Shown here piece after piece: positions 24,470-38,110 of a DNA stretch of 64,000 nt. Position 1 is the first letter of the stretch, and each line of letters opens with the position of its first letter. The stretch is from positions 1-64,000 of the forward strand of contig MCFE01000412.1 in assembly GCA_002104905.1 (NCBI GenBank), read 5' to 3'. The notes under the pieces were generated by a model. That model was not told the DNA's origin, ran no database searches, and was given only the letters and a program-made list of their open reading frames with translations. The DNA is from Basidiobolus meristosporus CBS 931.73. Taxonomy: Eukaryota; Fungi; Basidiobolomycota. A program made the position numbers and the translations under genes.

Positions 24470-25879
24470 ATGACGTCCCGCGTACTACTACCCAAGGCGC
24501 TTAAGCCACTCATCCCGTTCGCCCCAACCCTCAAGGCCACCAGGACCCTACCCATTCTTCACCAGCGGTTCGGGACGGTCACCGAGGCGCCCAGAACCCG
24601 CATCTCCAAGTTGGCCAACGGGTTCACGGTGGCCACCGAGTCCATCCCCACCGCCAAAACGGCTACGGTCGGGGTCTGGATCGACGCGGGAAGTCGAGCG
24701 GAGAACTCCAAGAACAACGGTACCGCCCACTTCCTTGAACACATGGCGTTCAAGGGGACCAAGAGACGCACCCAGCGGGAGCTGGAGGTGATGATCGAAA
24801 ACATGGGAGGCCATCTGAATGCGTACACCTCGCGCGAGCAGACGGTGTACTACGCCAAAACCTTCAAGTCGGATCTTCCAGCTGCGGTGGACATCCTGTC
24901 GGACATCCTTTTGAACTCCACCTTGAACCCTGGTGCGGTGGAGAGGGAACGGGACGTGATCGTTAGAGAGCAGGAGGAGGTCGACAAGATCATGGAGGAA
25001 GTGGTGTTCGACCACCTGCACGCCACCGCCTTCCAGGAGCACTCACTTGGTAGAACCATCCTTGGGCCGAAGGAGAACATATTGTCTATCAAGAGGGATG
25101 ACCTGGTGAACTACATCACCACCAACTACAAGGCGGACCGTATGGTGTTGGTGGGAGCGGGTGGGGTGGACCACGAGGAGCTTGTCTCCCTCGCCGAAAA
25201 GCATTTCTCCCTGCTTCCTAGCTCGGATGGGCCTCGACCCGAGTCGAAGAGACCCAAGTTCGTCGGCTCCGAGATCAAGCTCACCGACAACACCGCCTCA
25301 CAAGCTCATATCGCACTTGCAGTGGAGGGGGTCGGTTGGTCCTCCCCAGACTACTACCCCATGTTGATCTTGCAGTCGATCATCGGCAACTGGGATAGGG
25401 CATTCAGCACACCCTCTGGATCCTCCTTCCGCCTTTCCTCGGTGGTTGCCGCCAAGCAGCTAGCGAACTCATTCATGTCCTTCAACACCTCCTACTCGGA
25501 CACCGGCCTGTTCGGCATCTACATGATCTCGGAGAACAAGGATAAACTCGACGAGTTGGTGTTCACCGCCCAGAAGGAGTGGGCCCGTCTTAGCGTCACC
25601 GTTACCGACGCCGAGGTGGAGCGTGCCAAGCAACAACTCAAAGCGGCCCTTCTGCTCAACCTCGACGGCAGTACGGCCATTGCCGAGGATATCGGCAGAC
25701 AGATGATCACCATGAGCAAGAGAGTGGAGCCGAAGGAGGTGGAGGCCACCATCAACAGCATCACAGGGGACGACGTTCGTCGCATCGCTCAGCAGTATCT
25801 CTACGATCGTGACATAGCCGTTGTCGGCCTGGGACCGGTTGACAAGCTGCCGGAGTATAGTCAGATCCGTATCAATTAA
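24470..25879 (+). CDS. MAS1: Mitochondrial processing peptidase beta subunit (M16), intronless
   Basis: Basic presequence; GTAHFLEHMAFKGT (HxxEH); NAYTSREQTVYY; EDIGRQ. Confidence 0.95.
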   Translation: MTSRVLLPKALKPLIPFAPTLKATRTLPILHQRFGTVTEAPRTRISKLANGFTVATESIPTAKTATVGVWIDAGSRAENSKNNGTAHFLEHMAFKGTKRRTQRELEVMIENMGGHLNAYTSREQTVYYAKTFKSDLPAAVDILSDILLNSTLNPGAVERERDVIVREQEEVDKIMEEVVFDHLHATAFQEHSLGRTILGPKENILSIKRDDLVNYITTNYKADRMVLVGAGGVDHEELVSLAEKHFSLLPSSDGPRPESKRPKFVGSEIKLTDNTASQAHIALAVEGVGWSSPDYYPMLILQSIIGNWDRAFSTPSGSSFRLSSVVAAKQLANSFMSFNTSYSDTGLFGIYMISENKDKLDELVFTAQKEWARLSVTVTDAEVERAKQQLKAALLLNLDGSTAIAEDIGRQMITMSKRVEPKEVEATINSITGDDVRRIAQQYLYDRDIAVVGLGPVDKLPEYSQIRIN

Positions 25880-26265
25880 CCAGTGTACAGAACACACTCG
25901 CACTTGCACCCACACCCACACCCACATTCATGCACCCACACACATACACCCTTAACATCTGCTCCAAACTCTATTACCAATAAACAAAGGAAACAACGAA
26001 TTTGGATGAAGGATTTATTCAGTCAGGGTAGTCTAAAGGTACACAGGTCATAGTAATCATCCGGATTCGGTGGTTAAGAGATAAAAGATGGCGTTCGAGG
26101 CGAACGGACGGACGCACCGACCAAGCTATGGGACAAAATTATATAGCGTAAAATAAAGCGTAAGATAAAGCGTGAGTATAGGTATATGTTGGCCAATGAG
26201 AAGAAACAAAAACTCGGGTAGGACGTCGCTTAGGTGGCAGGCGGTGAGGTGGTGAGTTGAGGCGT

Positions 26266-26294
26266 GGGTTAGGTTGGGTTGGGTTGGGTTAAGG
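26266..26294 (+). repeat. G-rich (GGGTT)n / telomere-like tract between convergent MAS1 and TOM1 3' ends
   Basis: GGGTTAGGTTGGGTTGGGTTGGGTTAAGG. Confidence 0.6.
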
Positions 26295-26332
26295 ATGCAA
26301 TACCAAATGCTCTGTGTTCTATATTGGCGAGA

Positions 26333-29300
26333 TTAGCCAAAGCCGAACCCTGTGTTACACTCTTGAATGGCGGTTAGCGTGTTCGAACGGAGTTGCTCGT
26401 AGCTCTCGTACTGCGGCAAGTCCAGCTGGTTGAAACAGGTGTGGGCGGAGGGAAGTCGGTGGGTGGACGACGGGTCCTTGTGGATCTGGAATTTCTGCAC
26501 CCCGTTCACCCCTTGCAACGAGCTGAAGCCCTCGAGGGGGACCTTGGATGTCCCGGTGACGAATTGGATGAGCTTGGCCCTTTCCTCTTGGTCGAAGCTG
26601 CGTACCGCTCGCCAGAACCATTGGATCTGGGGGGAGGAGGTGGTGTACCCTTGGTACTCGGTGTTGTTCTTCCAGTCGTCCACGTCGATGTCGGGCATGC
26701 CGGAGATGAGCAGCTCGAGCTCCTGCTCGTTGAAGATGCTGATCAATTGGGGGGAGATGATCTCGTGGAAACCGACCAGGAAATTGTCGATCTGATCCTT
26801 GATGGCCAGGGTAAGCTTCTGCTCGGTGACCAGCTTCACGTATTCATACTTGTTCTCCTCCGTCACCGGGATGTCCCGGCCATTGGGCTTCAGGTCGATC
26901 ACCTTCATCTTGCCGAAGTCGTCAGCCTCTATGCTGAATGTCAAATCGATGATGTCGGTGATGTCATTCTCGAGCATCCACACCAGACTCTTGAAGTACT
27001 CGGGGTCAAGGGCTTCAACATCCTTGTAGTCGACCGATTTGCCGAGGATGTGCTTGTAGAAAGAGCGGGTGAAATAGCAATCCAGAAGTCTACCATCGTA
27101 GATGGCCTTTCCGATAATTCTTCCTACGAATTTGAAGTAGAGAAGGTGATCAGGGTTTACCCAGGAGGCTCTGTTCGGCTGATAGGTGACTTTGTCGACC
27201 GCAGAGGTCTTGAACAGGGCGTAGTCAGGGTTAAACATCTGTCGGGAGAGAACTTGGAACCATTCCCTGGTAACACCACCGGCATCAACGCCCTCTTCGT
27301 CATAGAACCGTACACTGAGTTTGCCATTCTTCACCTCATCTCCACCTCTGCCTTGAAGCTGGTGGAACGAGTCCTCGAAGACGTACTGACGACGGACATT
27401 CAGTTGGAGTGTACCGTAGTGCTCGCGGGTGCTGCTTCGTTTGTGCAGCTGCTGGTTGAAGTAGTTTCGTTTGTTGTCGAAATCCAGGATCTTCGGGTTG
27501 TGAACGAGTAGAGAGAAGGAGCCACTCATCAAGGACGGATTGTTACGAACCATGATGTTCAGGATCTTGCGATGGTCTTCGGTGAAAGTAAAGAACAACT
27601 CCTCGCTGTTTTCGTGAACAGCTTGGGGTTGCGCCTGGGCGAACACCACATGCTTGCTGACAACCATGAAGGACTCGATCAACGGAAGGAGGACCGTGGC
27701 CACATGGATCATATCGGTCTTCTCGTGGACGTAGGTCAAACACTCTCCAAGATTTTCCCAGAGCTTCGTGAACGAGAGATCACCATAGATGCGGACCAGT
27801 TGCTCATCGCTTTGCAAGTCGGAGACATCCTTCGGATCCCGCTCCTGAGCTTCCACGGGAGGCGTGGCCTCATTTACGGAAGCATTCGGGTCTGGACTGA
27901 TGGGTGGGATGGAGTCGATCTGAGTGCTGGCCGTGCCTGATTGCTTCTTCGAGTATATGTAATCGATGGTCTTCAACACCCGCAGAAGCTTCGCCTGTTG
28001 GGACGAGGATGGCGAGAACTTCGCCAATGTAACTCCTTGAACGTCGCTTCCGGTCATCGCATTCTTCAGGATCCCTGACAGGTCCGATAGATCGGCCAGT
28101 ATATTGTTCCCTAACGCCTGGGCACTAGCAACCAACTCTGAGGTGATTACATCCTTGGTTCCCTGGAGTGACGACAGGTACTGAATCACAGATAAGGTGT
28201 ATTGGAACGTTTTACTGCTACATTCACCCGCGGTGAGAACGTTGACGATGGATCGGAGACAATTCTCTGGGATCACCGGCGGCTTGAATGGCTTGTCGCC
28301 TTCTTCTTGCGCGGTGTTCTTACTGTCTTCCTTCTCCTCAGTGGTCGTCGTGGATTGTGGCTCGTTGGTCTGAGCTGACTCGTTGTTGGCGGTATTCTCT
28401 GATGTGTTATTTGCCGCCTCATCCGTGGTGTTCTTGGATGACTCAGTGGCGGATTTGCGAGCTAGTGAGGACAATGGCTTACATATAGTGGCAAGTAGAT
28501 GCATTAGTTGATCCATTAGAGCGGAGCTCTTCAAGAAGCTAGGCTTATCTAGCAAGCCTAATAAAACAACTATGGGATATCCGCAACCATACTTATCCTT
28601 TCCCTTTCCTTTCTTACCGCTCTTTCGGATATTGATGTATTCGGACTCTTTAAGGAAGAAATGAATGGCCTGCTCATTGTATCCCACAAGATATGCCAAC
28701 GCTTCCAGACAACGCTGTGCTACCAGGTTAGGGATGTTCTCCGTGTAGACTTGCCCCGGGTGTGCAGGTGATGTCTGGGGTACCACTCCCTTACCCTTGG
28801 GGGTCGATTTTGAGGCAGAGCGAGGAGTGGTTTTGGTGCGAAGAGTCATTTGGGCGAAGCTTTTGTCAACGGCAGCCAGATCACTACCTCCATCCTGCAG
28901 AATGGATATCAAGAGTAAAAGCACATCACCTCTGGTTTTGGTATTCTCGCAGAGATTAAGTAGAATACGGTGAAGGGTGTTCTTGACCGGCGGCTGTGGC
29001 AAGAACAACAGGCGAATCAGGCTGGCGAGTGCCGGTTTGTCGACAAGCTGAATGGCATCTCGCACTGCTAGCTGCTTTTTGGAAGACGTGGTTGCGGTCT
29101 GGTCACCGCTTGGTCTAACTCGAGCAGCAGCTTGAGTGTATCTGCGACTATAACGATCCCGGAGTGCGTTAGCCTCGGCCACGATAGAAGGTGGGAGGGT
29201 CGAAAGGAGCATTTCGTCTTGCTCCATCAGAACAGTCTCTCTAAGTTGCGGGTCGAGTGATGCAAGGAAACTAGCGGGGTCCATGTCATTGGCAGATGGA

Positions 29301-32300
29301 GGTTGTGCGTCCAGCTGTCTTTGTCTTTCCCGTCGCTCTTGTTCTAATCTCTCCTGTTCAAGGACCTCCTCTCTAATGTCCGGTGGAAGAGCGTCCAAAA
29401 ATTCAGCACTGATCTGGGACTCCCCGGCAAGTTGGAGGTTCGATTGCTGACTATCGTCGGCATCACTTTCCTCCAGCGCCTGACTCTCTAACTGTTGCTG
29501 CTGTCTTTCGCGGAAATGTTGATTTAATACTTCTGCTCTTAAATCTTCCGGCAACGCTTCCAAGAAGGTCGGGTCAATGCCGGAGTCCGTGATATCTACG
29601 GTGTCACCGTTGATTGTCACAGTAGTCCGTGATGGAGCTTCAGAGGATGAAGCATCTACGCTCATTGGTTCCTGGTCTTCAGTAGTCTGAGGTGGTTCTT
29701 GGGTTACTGGAGGATTTTCTTCAGTATTTTCGATAACAGTCTCAACCTCTTCGACCGCAGGGGGAGCTGCTTCTGCCGCTATATCGGATGGCTCGGCATT
29801 CTCGTGAACCGGCTCCGGAAGGGTTTCAGGCACCTCGGTGGTAGGAGCGGTGGCTTCAGTTTGCTCCATTGGCTCATCCGATCTCTCCACTGTGGCATCA
29901 TCCACGATGATCTCTTCCTCTTGGACGGCTTCCTCTTCAGCCTTCTTTTGATCCTCGATGGCAATGGGAACAAGTACGTTGAGGACACAGTTAGTTAACC
30001 GAGCGGTTTTGTCGGATATGAGGTTTCCGTAGAGAATGCGGCACTCCTGATACCAACGCTCACTGGTGCCTTGCGGGGCAAAATCATTCACCACGTTCAA
30101 TGGGTCATAGGCAGCTGGCTCGCCACCTGCGCTGCTATTGTTGGCAGATGATAACACGCGATCCAATCCACCCATTGATCCGCCAAATCCGGCCGAGTTG
30201 TTACTGACATCCACGCGATATACGTTGGAGCCAGATCCTCTGGAGCTACGGTTGAGCAGTTGCTCCAATAGCTGAACAGCGCTACCTCCTATCATATCCT
30301 CAAACGACTGCCAGTCTGACACATGAGATGCACGTCCTCGAGTCACGTCAAGAGTCGGGTTGGAAGCTGGCAAGCTGTTGATGAGAAGTGGATGAGCGGA
30401 TCCATCAAATCCTCTTGATGGTAACCGATTGGACATGCGACCAAACAACTGGAAATCGGAGTCGTCCGCATAAGCAAGTCGGTTCTGCTCGCTGTCACCC
30501 AAATGTAGATCGAATGTGTCGGAGTGCATTCCAACTTCAAGCAAGGTTCTTCTAACCGGGAAGTGTCTACCGTGGCGACGGTTTCCAAGATTGACGATGG
30601 CACGATTCTGTCTGGTAGGAATATCGTCACCAAACAGCTCTTCATCGTGAATGAATGGTCGATGCTGATCAAGAGCGAATCCAAACCCATCCTCAAGTTG
30701 GTCCTCAAGCGTAATCTCTGGGTCCAAATCCTGGCTATCATCAAGATCATCCTCGATATCGTCATCTTCCTCACCTCCGAAGATCAGGTCGCGTTCAGCA
30801 TCATCCAGATGCAACTCTACGTCCAGTGGATCATCGTTGTCATCCACGATCTCTGCAATGTCCTCGTCGGAAAGAACATGATTGACCTCGTCAACTTCCC
30901 ATGACATCTCACGAGCATCTCTATCGTCATCCAAATCATCATCGTCGTCGTCGAGTTCATCTTCTGCACCTTCTTCACTGCCGTATGATGGATGGATCAC
31001 AATTTCCATGTCAACATTGTCGCCATCTGCCATATCGTCCTCATCTTCGTCGCTGACATCGCTTGCATCGCTAGACATCTCGTCGAAGTCCCCTTCATCG
31101 AAGTCTTCCTCATCTTCCGTATCAATGTCATCATCCTCATCTTCGTCAAGCGAAGTGGCTCCTTCGAACATACCCAAAGAAGAATTTCGATAAAGATCTG
31201 GCGCTTCCTCTGGCTCACTCTCTCCAGTGTCAAGATCATCGTAGGAGTAGTAGCTCTCTTCATCGCTAGCAGTCTGCTTGTTTGACGATTCCGCCTGCTT
31301 GCCCATCTTGATTGCGACCTTGGACAAGAACTCCAACGGCCTCAAGAAAGCACTTGTGAGAGTTTTCGAGGAAGGGTAATTGAGGTCAACCTCTGACAAC
31401 CCATTGGTTAGCAGAGTAACGAAGTTCTTTTCAACCATCATCTTGGCAACGCTAGTCGACTGGATATCATTAGCCTTGCTTCCAAGGCCTGGGGACGAGG
31501 ATCTATGAGATAGGATCTTCAAGCACAAGTCAGCCAAGGCCAAGAACCTCCCGTACTTGACGTCAGTCGGGCTGTTGGAAGCAATGGCATCTTTGAACGA
31601 GCGAACTATGGCATCAAGTACGAACTTCTTAACCTGCAGTAGGTTGTTGTGCGCTGCCTTATCTTCACCAGTATCTTCCTTGGTACAAAGTGTGGTGATT
31701 ACTGAGGCTGCCCATGTAGTCTGCTTGTGCTGTTTTCTAATCTCGGTATCCAGAACTTCCGGCGAATCATGTACCCCGTTGTAGGGTAATAAATCGTTCA
31801 AAAGGTGACTCAAGAAGTTCGAACGATGCTTTTGTGGAGTCTGACTCTCTTTCTGTGGAGTATGAGGCTCCTTCGAATGCTTTTTGACTCTATTGTAGGT
31901 CATAACATCCGAATGACAATGAGGATATGACGAGAGAAGTTCCGTCAAGCACTGAAGTAAGAAACAACGGTATACAAATATCTTGTCCTCTTCTGTGGGC
32001 TGTTTGGCGACCTCCTTTGGTTTGGTGGTTTCTTCGTTCGACGCTTCCTTCTCGTCCACGCTCATTCCAACCGGAACATCAAAGCCAGAAGGTTGCTTAG
32101 AAGATTTGTATCGCAACGACATCAATTCTTCAATCAAGAAATGGATCAAAGTTTCCGAGATTGTGGACAAGGATGTCAAGGTTTCTTTAGCGTCCACCAT
32201 CATCTCGATGTCCTCGTTGTGGGCACGATTATCCTCTTGCTTGCCGGTGGCACCGGCTTCGTGCTTTTCCTCCTCTTTTTTGTGCAAAGTAATCTGGGGG

Positions 32301-35300
32301 CTTCTGCCATTAGGATCGTATTTCGAGAGTCGGCAAACTGATTTGGTGGCTTCGACGAATTGCTCAGGGTTTCTCAGTGCTACTGGACCCAGGTTTCTGA
32401 TAAATGTGCTAACATCAACAAGTCGAGGTCTAGGATGAGTGAACCACGAAGTGATCTTTTGCTCCATCATCTTTTTCAGAACTTGCGCACTTTCGATTAC
32501 GTGCCGTAAAATGATGATGGTATATGCCGATTGCCCTTGGAAACCAGAAGTCCCCTCTTTGTAGGAGGTGAAGAGCAGCGGCATCTTGCCCGAATTGGCG
32601 AAGTTCACAGCAAACGTATGATCTCTAGTAAGACGAACCAGGATTCTAAGTACTGCGTGATGAATATCTTGAGGAATGCTCAGCTCCAACATATTTAGGC
32701 ACCCTTCCATCAATAATTCACGATCCGAACTCGACACCTCGATAGCAAGCGAGTCAGTCTCCACTGGTGTAGATTTACTCTCGTCTGACTCATACTCAAG
32801 CTTGACGGATTTGGGCTCATCGGCAAGAGATATGCAGGCCTCGATTACCAATAATGAGGGAGTGACCCACAAAGGAATTGCTTCAGTCTGGAAAGGCGTT
32901 TCTGGGGAGACCATCTTAATCAACATGGGGATGTACTTGTCGGAATGGAATATGGCTTTAGATTGAGCCGATGCATCATTGAGCAGCAATGCAAGCAAAC
33001 GAAGATAGACACCCATGGTACGCTCATCCAATCCACCTGAACCGAGTGGATTAAATCCAATGATTTGATCAATCAAATTACCAAAGATATCGCCTTCCTC
33101 GTCTTTGAGCGAGAGAACAAGTAGATCGCGAACATCGAAAACGATCTCTTCAGAATTATTCAGAAGCTCGATACTACGAGAGACGATTTCCGCCTTCAAA
33201 CTTTGGCGTGCCTCATGATATTGCTGGTACATAGAGAACTCCTTCTCCTTCCCTTTGGCCTCCTCCTCATTGCTCGAGGCTCCTGCTGCTTCATTTGTTG
33301 TTGCATTTTCGCACGGTTCCGACTCTACTGCAGCTTTCTCTTCCATAACCTCATCAGTCGACATCGCTGTCTCGCGGTTCTCGGGATTAGTAGCAGCATC
33401 ACCTTGGCCACCCTCAGTGACGTCCATACTTGCTTCATCCGGGCGGGCTGTGTTCCCTTCTGTTCTGCTGGTTGAAGCTTCTTCTGAAGAATACATGGCC
33501 ACGGCCTCTGGGTGGGTTAGAAGGTATTCCGCGGCACGGCCTACATGATTCATGCAGCGAGTAAGCGCCATTTCTGCGGCTCCTCTAGGGAAACCCATAT
33601 CAATCAACTGCTGAATCTTGTTTTCATCCGGGACAAATGGTCGCGGACTGAAAACAGAGCTTGCTACGGTGGCTTTTGCAAGCCCAGTAGGGCGGGAGTC
33701 TTGCTCTCCCTCACCCTTCAATATCTGAATGATATTTTGTAAGGTAGATTTCACAATTGTTGAAGGGCAGTCTTTGATGTAGTCGTCACGTAGCAAATCA
33801 ACCACATTTGGAAGTATTTTGCTTCGGATCTCCACCAGAAATTCGTGCGGATCAAAAGAGCTAGCAGCACGGTCTTTGTCCTTGGACACCATGTTTAGCA
33901 GATGTGGAGACTCATGCAGCAACTTCGCAGAAGACAAAAATTGGAAAAAGTTCAGGGCAACCTCAATCGCCCCGTTGGCATGCGCCAACTTCTGCTTGAT
34001 TTCTTGATCCTCGCTTCCTACAGTCTTACCATGGACCTCTTTTGCAGCGGCCCAAAGTTGATTCACAATACTGAACACGCATTCCAAGCCATCAGATTTC
34101 ACAAACTCCAGCACAAGCATGACTTGCAGATACATCTGGTTACGTTCATCCAAGAAGAGCACTGATAACAAGCCAAGCATAGCAGTGAAATAGCTGAATT
34201 GCTCCGTATCAAAGATGTGACCATCCTTCAAAACCCTGGACCACGTAAGGTGCTCCTTGGCGACTGTCGAAATGTCCTTGGCCAACATGAAGGCCAACTT
34301 TTTCTGAGCAGGCTCCATTACTCGACGAGTGGCAAGGATCTTGGATAGCCCTTGGAACAGCGGAGTTAGGCAGGTAGGTATTTGAGAGGCCAAGAATTTG
34401 AAGTATTTAGTATTCTGGACTTGAGGATATTCGGAGGCATCAAAGTCGCCTTCTGATTTCTCATTTCCGGGGGCAGGTGTCTCGCCACTGGGTTCGTCAA
34501 TAGCTCTCGGTGTATCGCCCAGTGTAGATTCGTTTTCCTTGGCGGCTTCCCCAGTAGATTCCGGTCCATCTTTCTTGGATTTTTTCTTGATTGTATACCA
34601 CTCCTTTGGCACGGTATTCTTCAGAATAATATTCTCCCAAACACAGGTGCGGTGCAACTCTCCCAGCATGCTCACCACTTGACTGCCAACCTCCCCGGTG
34701 AACGCCCCAATGACAGTGGTGATATTCTTGCTGTGCGAAAAGACGGGGGTACAGTAGATATCTGACAGTAGTCCAACAAATCCATGGAGGGAAACAAGCG
34801 AACGAAACACTCTATTGCCTTCATCCACTTTCTTAGGATCGGCTGGGTTGAGATCTAGGTAGTTAATGATGATCCCATCACTGCTTTCAGCTTTCAAAAA
34901 CGAGCCTGATCCTTGCAATGCCTGATGAAGTTCGTTCAGAATGGCGGTCACAACCGAGTTGGCATCGACCTCGCTCATTACTCGGAACAAATGAGACAAG
35001 GAGTATGATGCCGAGGAGGTTGAGAAATCGTAGGGTACCGTGGGTAACGCGTAGAACTTCAATATGATACTTAAACCATCCAACTTGAGAAACTCTTTAC
35101 AGTGGGATGCATTTTGAAACAGTCCCTCTAGGAACCTAGCAAATATCTCGATGAAGTTCACAACTGTATTCTCCTTCTTATCACTGGATTTTTTGACCTC
35201 CGTATCAGTCATAGTAGCATCTTGACTTGGTGATGAGCTACTATCCGCGACAGAATTCTCAGTGGCTTTGGCGAGCTGTAGGCGATAATCGCCATCCGCC

Positions 35301-37512
35301 TCCCTACCAGTGACTACATCCTCTCCCATCTGAACAATCTTATTTGCCATTGTGATGATAGAGCTCATGACAGCATCCTGCAGACTGGGGTGATGGCGAA
35401 TCAGCTCGTCTATAGAAGTGCCGAGAACAGCAGGAACATCACCATCTTGTAGAGCGTCCAAATGCGGAAGAGAAGTGAAGATTTTGAAGAACTGTTCGAT
35501 TTGATGGGATTCCTTGAAAGCTTCTAGGCCCGGCCCATTGAGACAGATGGCTCCAAAGGCATTGGGGATCGACGAAATAACATCGGCCGAGGTGGGGATA
35601 TCCTTCTGAATGGTCTCCAAAAAGGTTTGCGGCAGCTTGGCCTCCTGAAGTATGGGCAAGGAGGTGGGCTCGTTGTGAATAAAGGTGGCCATGATGTTGA
35701 CCACAAGGCCAAATATACTGCTTCCAAAGATCTTCGGGTGCTCAAGGACAGTTCTAAGAGAATGAGGGAAGGTGGAATCCACCAAGTTTCTCAAACCATC
35801 AGCGGTGCCAGAAGTCTGCATCATGTGTAAGATAAACTTGAGCATCGACTTCACAAACGAGGTTCTTTCGTTTGGAATGAATGTCTTCTCTGGGGAAAGC
35901 TCGAACTCTTTGTTGATCTCCATGCAGTGGGCAACCTCGCCACGGATACGGTCGACCAGGATCTGAATTCCGTTGGCTTCGCAGAAAGTAGTGAAGGAGT
36001 TCGGGAAGCCATAGACAATTCCGTCAAGAAGACTGACTACACGGGTAACACTCTTGATATGCCGGGCTTCTCTGCTGTCAAGAATCGAGAGCAGAACAGG
36101 AATAATCCCAGCGGCAATCACCATATTGCCGCCGCTCTGTGTTGTGATGATGTAGCCGATGAGTGAGAACAAAGCATCGATGAAGTCCTGGGGATAGTTT
36201 GTTTCTCCAGCTGCTACACTAGCTGCTACCTTTCGCAACAGATACATCAAGATACCATGATTGGCCGAGGCATTAATCGCTGTCAAGATATCAGTCAACT
36301 TCGACCTGTAACGGCCAATCCCGTCGATGGCGTACAATGCAACGGTTTGAATGTCGAAGGGGACGTCGTTGTCCGGGTGAAGTAGTTCTGCCAAGTGGGA
36401 GCTACAATCGGGTTCGTATAGAAACAGCTTTGCTTGTGCAATCGGCTCGGTCACCACATGCGCCATGATGGAGATAGCGAGGATTCGAATGATCAGGAGT
36501 TTCTTGCGTTCCTCGGGGTCATTCAACCCCCTTGCTAGCCGAATCCGATGGAAGAGTGAGAATGCTTTGTTCGATGGCACCTGGTATTGTTCAACCAGCT
36601 CATCCAACACTTCCTGGTCACTTTTGTGGTCGACAGTTGAATTCGGGATCGTGATGACAACCAAACCTTCCGATATTTTGGATGCACTAGGCTCTCTCTG
36701 TCTATGGGATGGAGTAGGGGTTATTGGTGGCTCTGTGTTGTCGCTTTGTTTCAGAGTACGATAGAACTGGTAGGATAACGAGGTCAAATCTTCAGGAATC
36801 TTGGTCTCACTCGAGCCCAATTGAAGAAACTCTAACCCATAGTCCTTGGTTCCCCAGCTCTGAGCCAGAGTCAATATTCGATCCTGTGTGACTGAGAAAC
36901 TAGCTCTGAGAGAGCGCTGGCTGCTTAACCGCTGGGCAGGGCGAAGCATCAAACGCAGCGTCGTTTCTAGGATGACCAAATCATTCGTATGCAACAAATC
37001 GTTTAAATGCTGTAGTAGAAGCATGAGTGTGAGTGGTTAATAACAACATAGCAGCAAAGATCGACCTAGAGCAAACTTACCTCGTATGAATTGTAGATGT
37101 TTCTGTTCGTGCAGTTTTCTAAAAGGAGTCTTGAAAAGTGCAAGATTCCTTTTAGCAGGGTGAAAGTAAGCTGTGAAAAGCTTTTCTGTTGGATGTTTTT
37201 GAGCTCGTATTCTTTGCATATATCCTCAAGAATGCGATCAAATCTATCTAATACAATTATCCAGTTGTACAAATCACCTCGAGAATAGGGCCATTCCTTT
37301 ATGGAATCGAGCTTTGCAGCTAGATCAGAGTCAGTGATAGTGGATAACTCTTCAATCAATTCCTTCATCTTAGGTGGCTGCAAGAAGAAAAGTTAATGAA
37401 TGCACACGGAAAAGGCCCTCAAGAGCGCACAAGTTGGCCAAACGATCTACGCAAACAGATGGATATTTACCATGGGTGCCAGTTTTTTTGGAGGGCTCTT
37501 TTTGATCTTCAT
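26333..37512 (-). CDS. TOM1: HECT E3 ubiquitin ligase Tom1/HUWE1 (DUF908, DUF913, UBA, UBM, HECT)
   Basis: Start MKIKKSPPKKLAPM at 37512, two short 5' introns, then a ~10.7-kb exon; UBA IQQLIDMGFPRGAAEMAL; HECT ending RLPSAHTCFNQLDLP...GFGFG. Confidence 0.97.
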
Positions 37513-38110
37513 TTTGAGCAGTAGAAATTGCTGTGCTATTAAGGAGTACTTGTGTTGTCAGCTTCTAGCTCAAAATCGATTCTCCACACGACTTGTGACA
37601 CAAATCCTGATTTATATGACGTTGCAAAAATATACTTGAACGGTGTGGAAAGTCGGCGGTTAACTCAGAAAGAAATAGGTTTAACTGAAAATGCGGACCA
37701 GCTTTTTCAAGGAGTATGATTTATGTTGTGTTGATGTTCAGGGTAATAAGATCTTGAAAAGGGTCAGAAAATAGGATGATTTGAAAAATACTAGCTTACG
37801 CATCCAATGTCCTATTCCATAGCCATAGCCTAATTGAACGTTGGATTTACTACTCCCATTTAGAGTTGCGTCATCAAAATCCCCGTAAAATTTTTCATGG
37901 ATGATGTCGGTATTTCCTGGGAAATCATGGGAAACGGCGTATTAATAATCAGCAATTGGACTTGGAAAATCAGCCTAATCGAGAGCCGACCTAGCGTTAA
38001 TTTATTTCTTGATTTGTAAAAATGACGGATTATTTAACAAGCAGAGACTGCGACGAGGTGTATGAAACATTATCAATCTGGTATTTTACCCGGTAGACGA
38101 GGCGCTGATG

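Noticed and set aside
26266-26294. Chromosome end or fusion scar
   Set aside because: Too short and degenerate, and embedded between intact genes.
26393-27511. 372-aa plus-strand ORF
   Set aside because: Antisense shadow of the GC-rich TOM1 HECT region; the same applies to the long antisense ORFs over MAS1, PRP6, SMARCC, the chitosanases and the MDHs.
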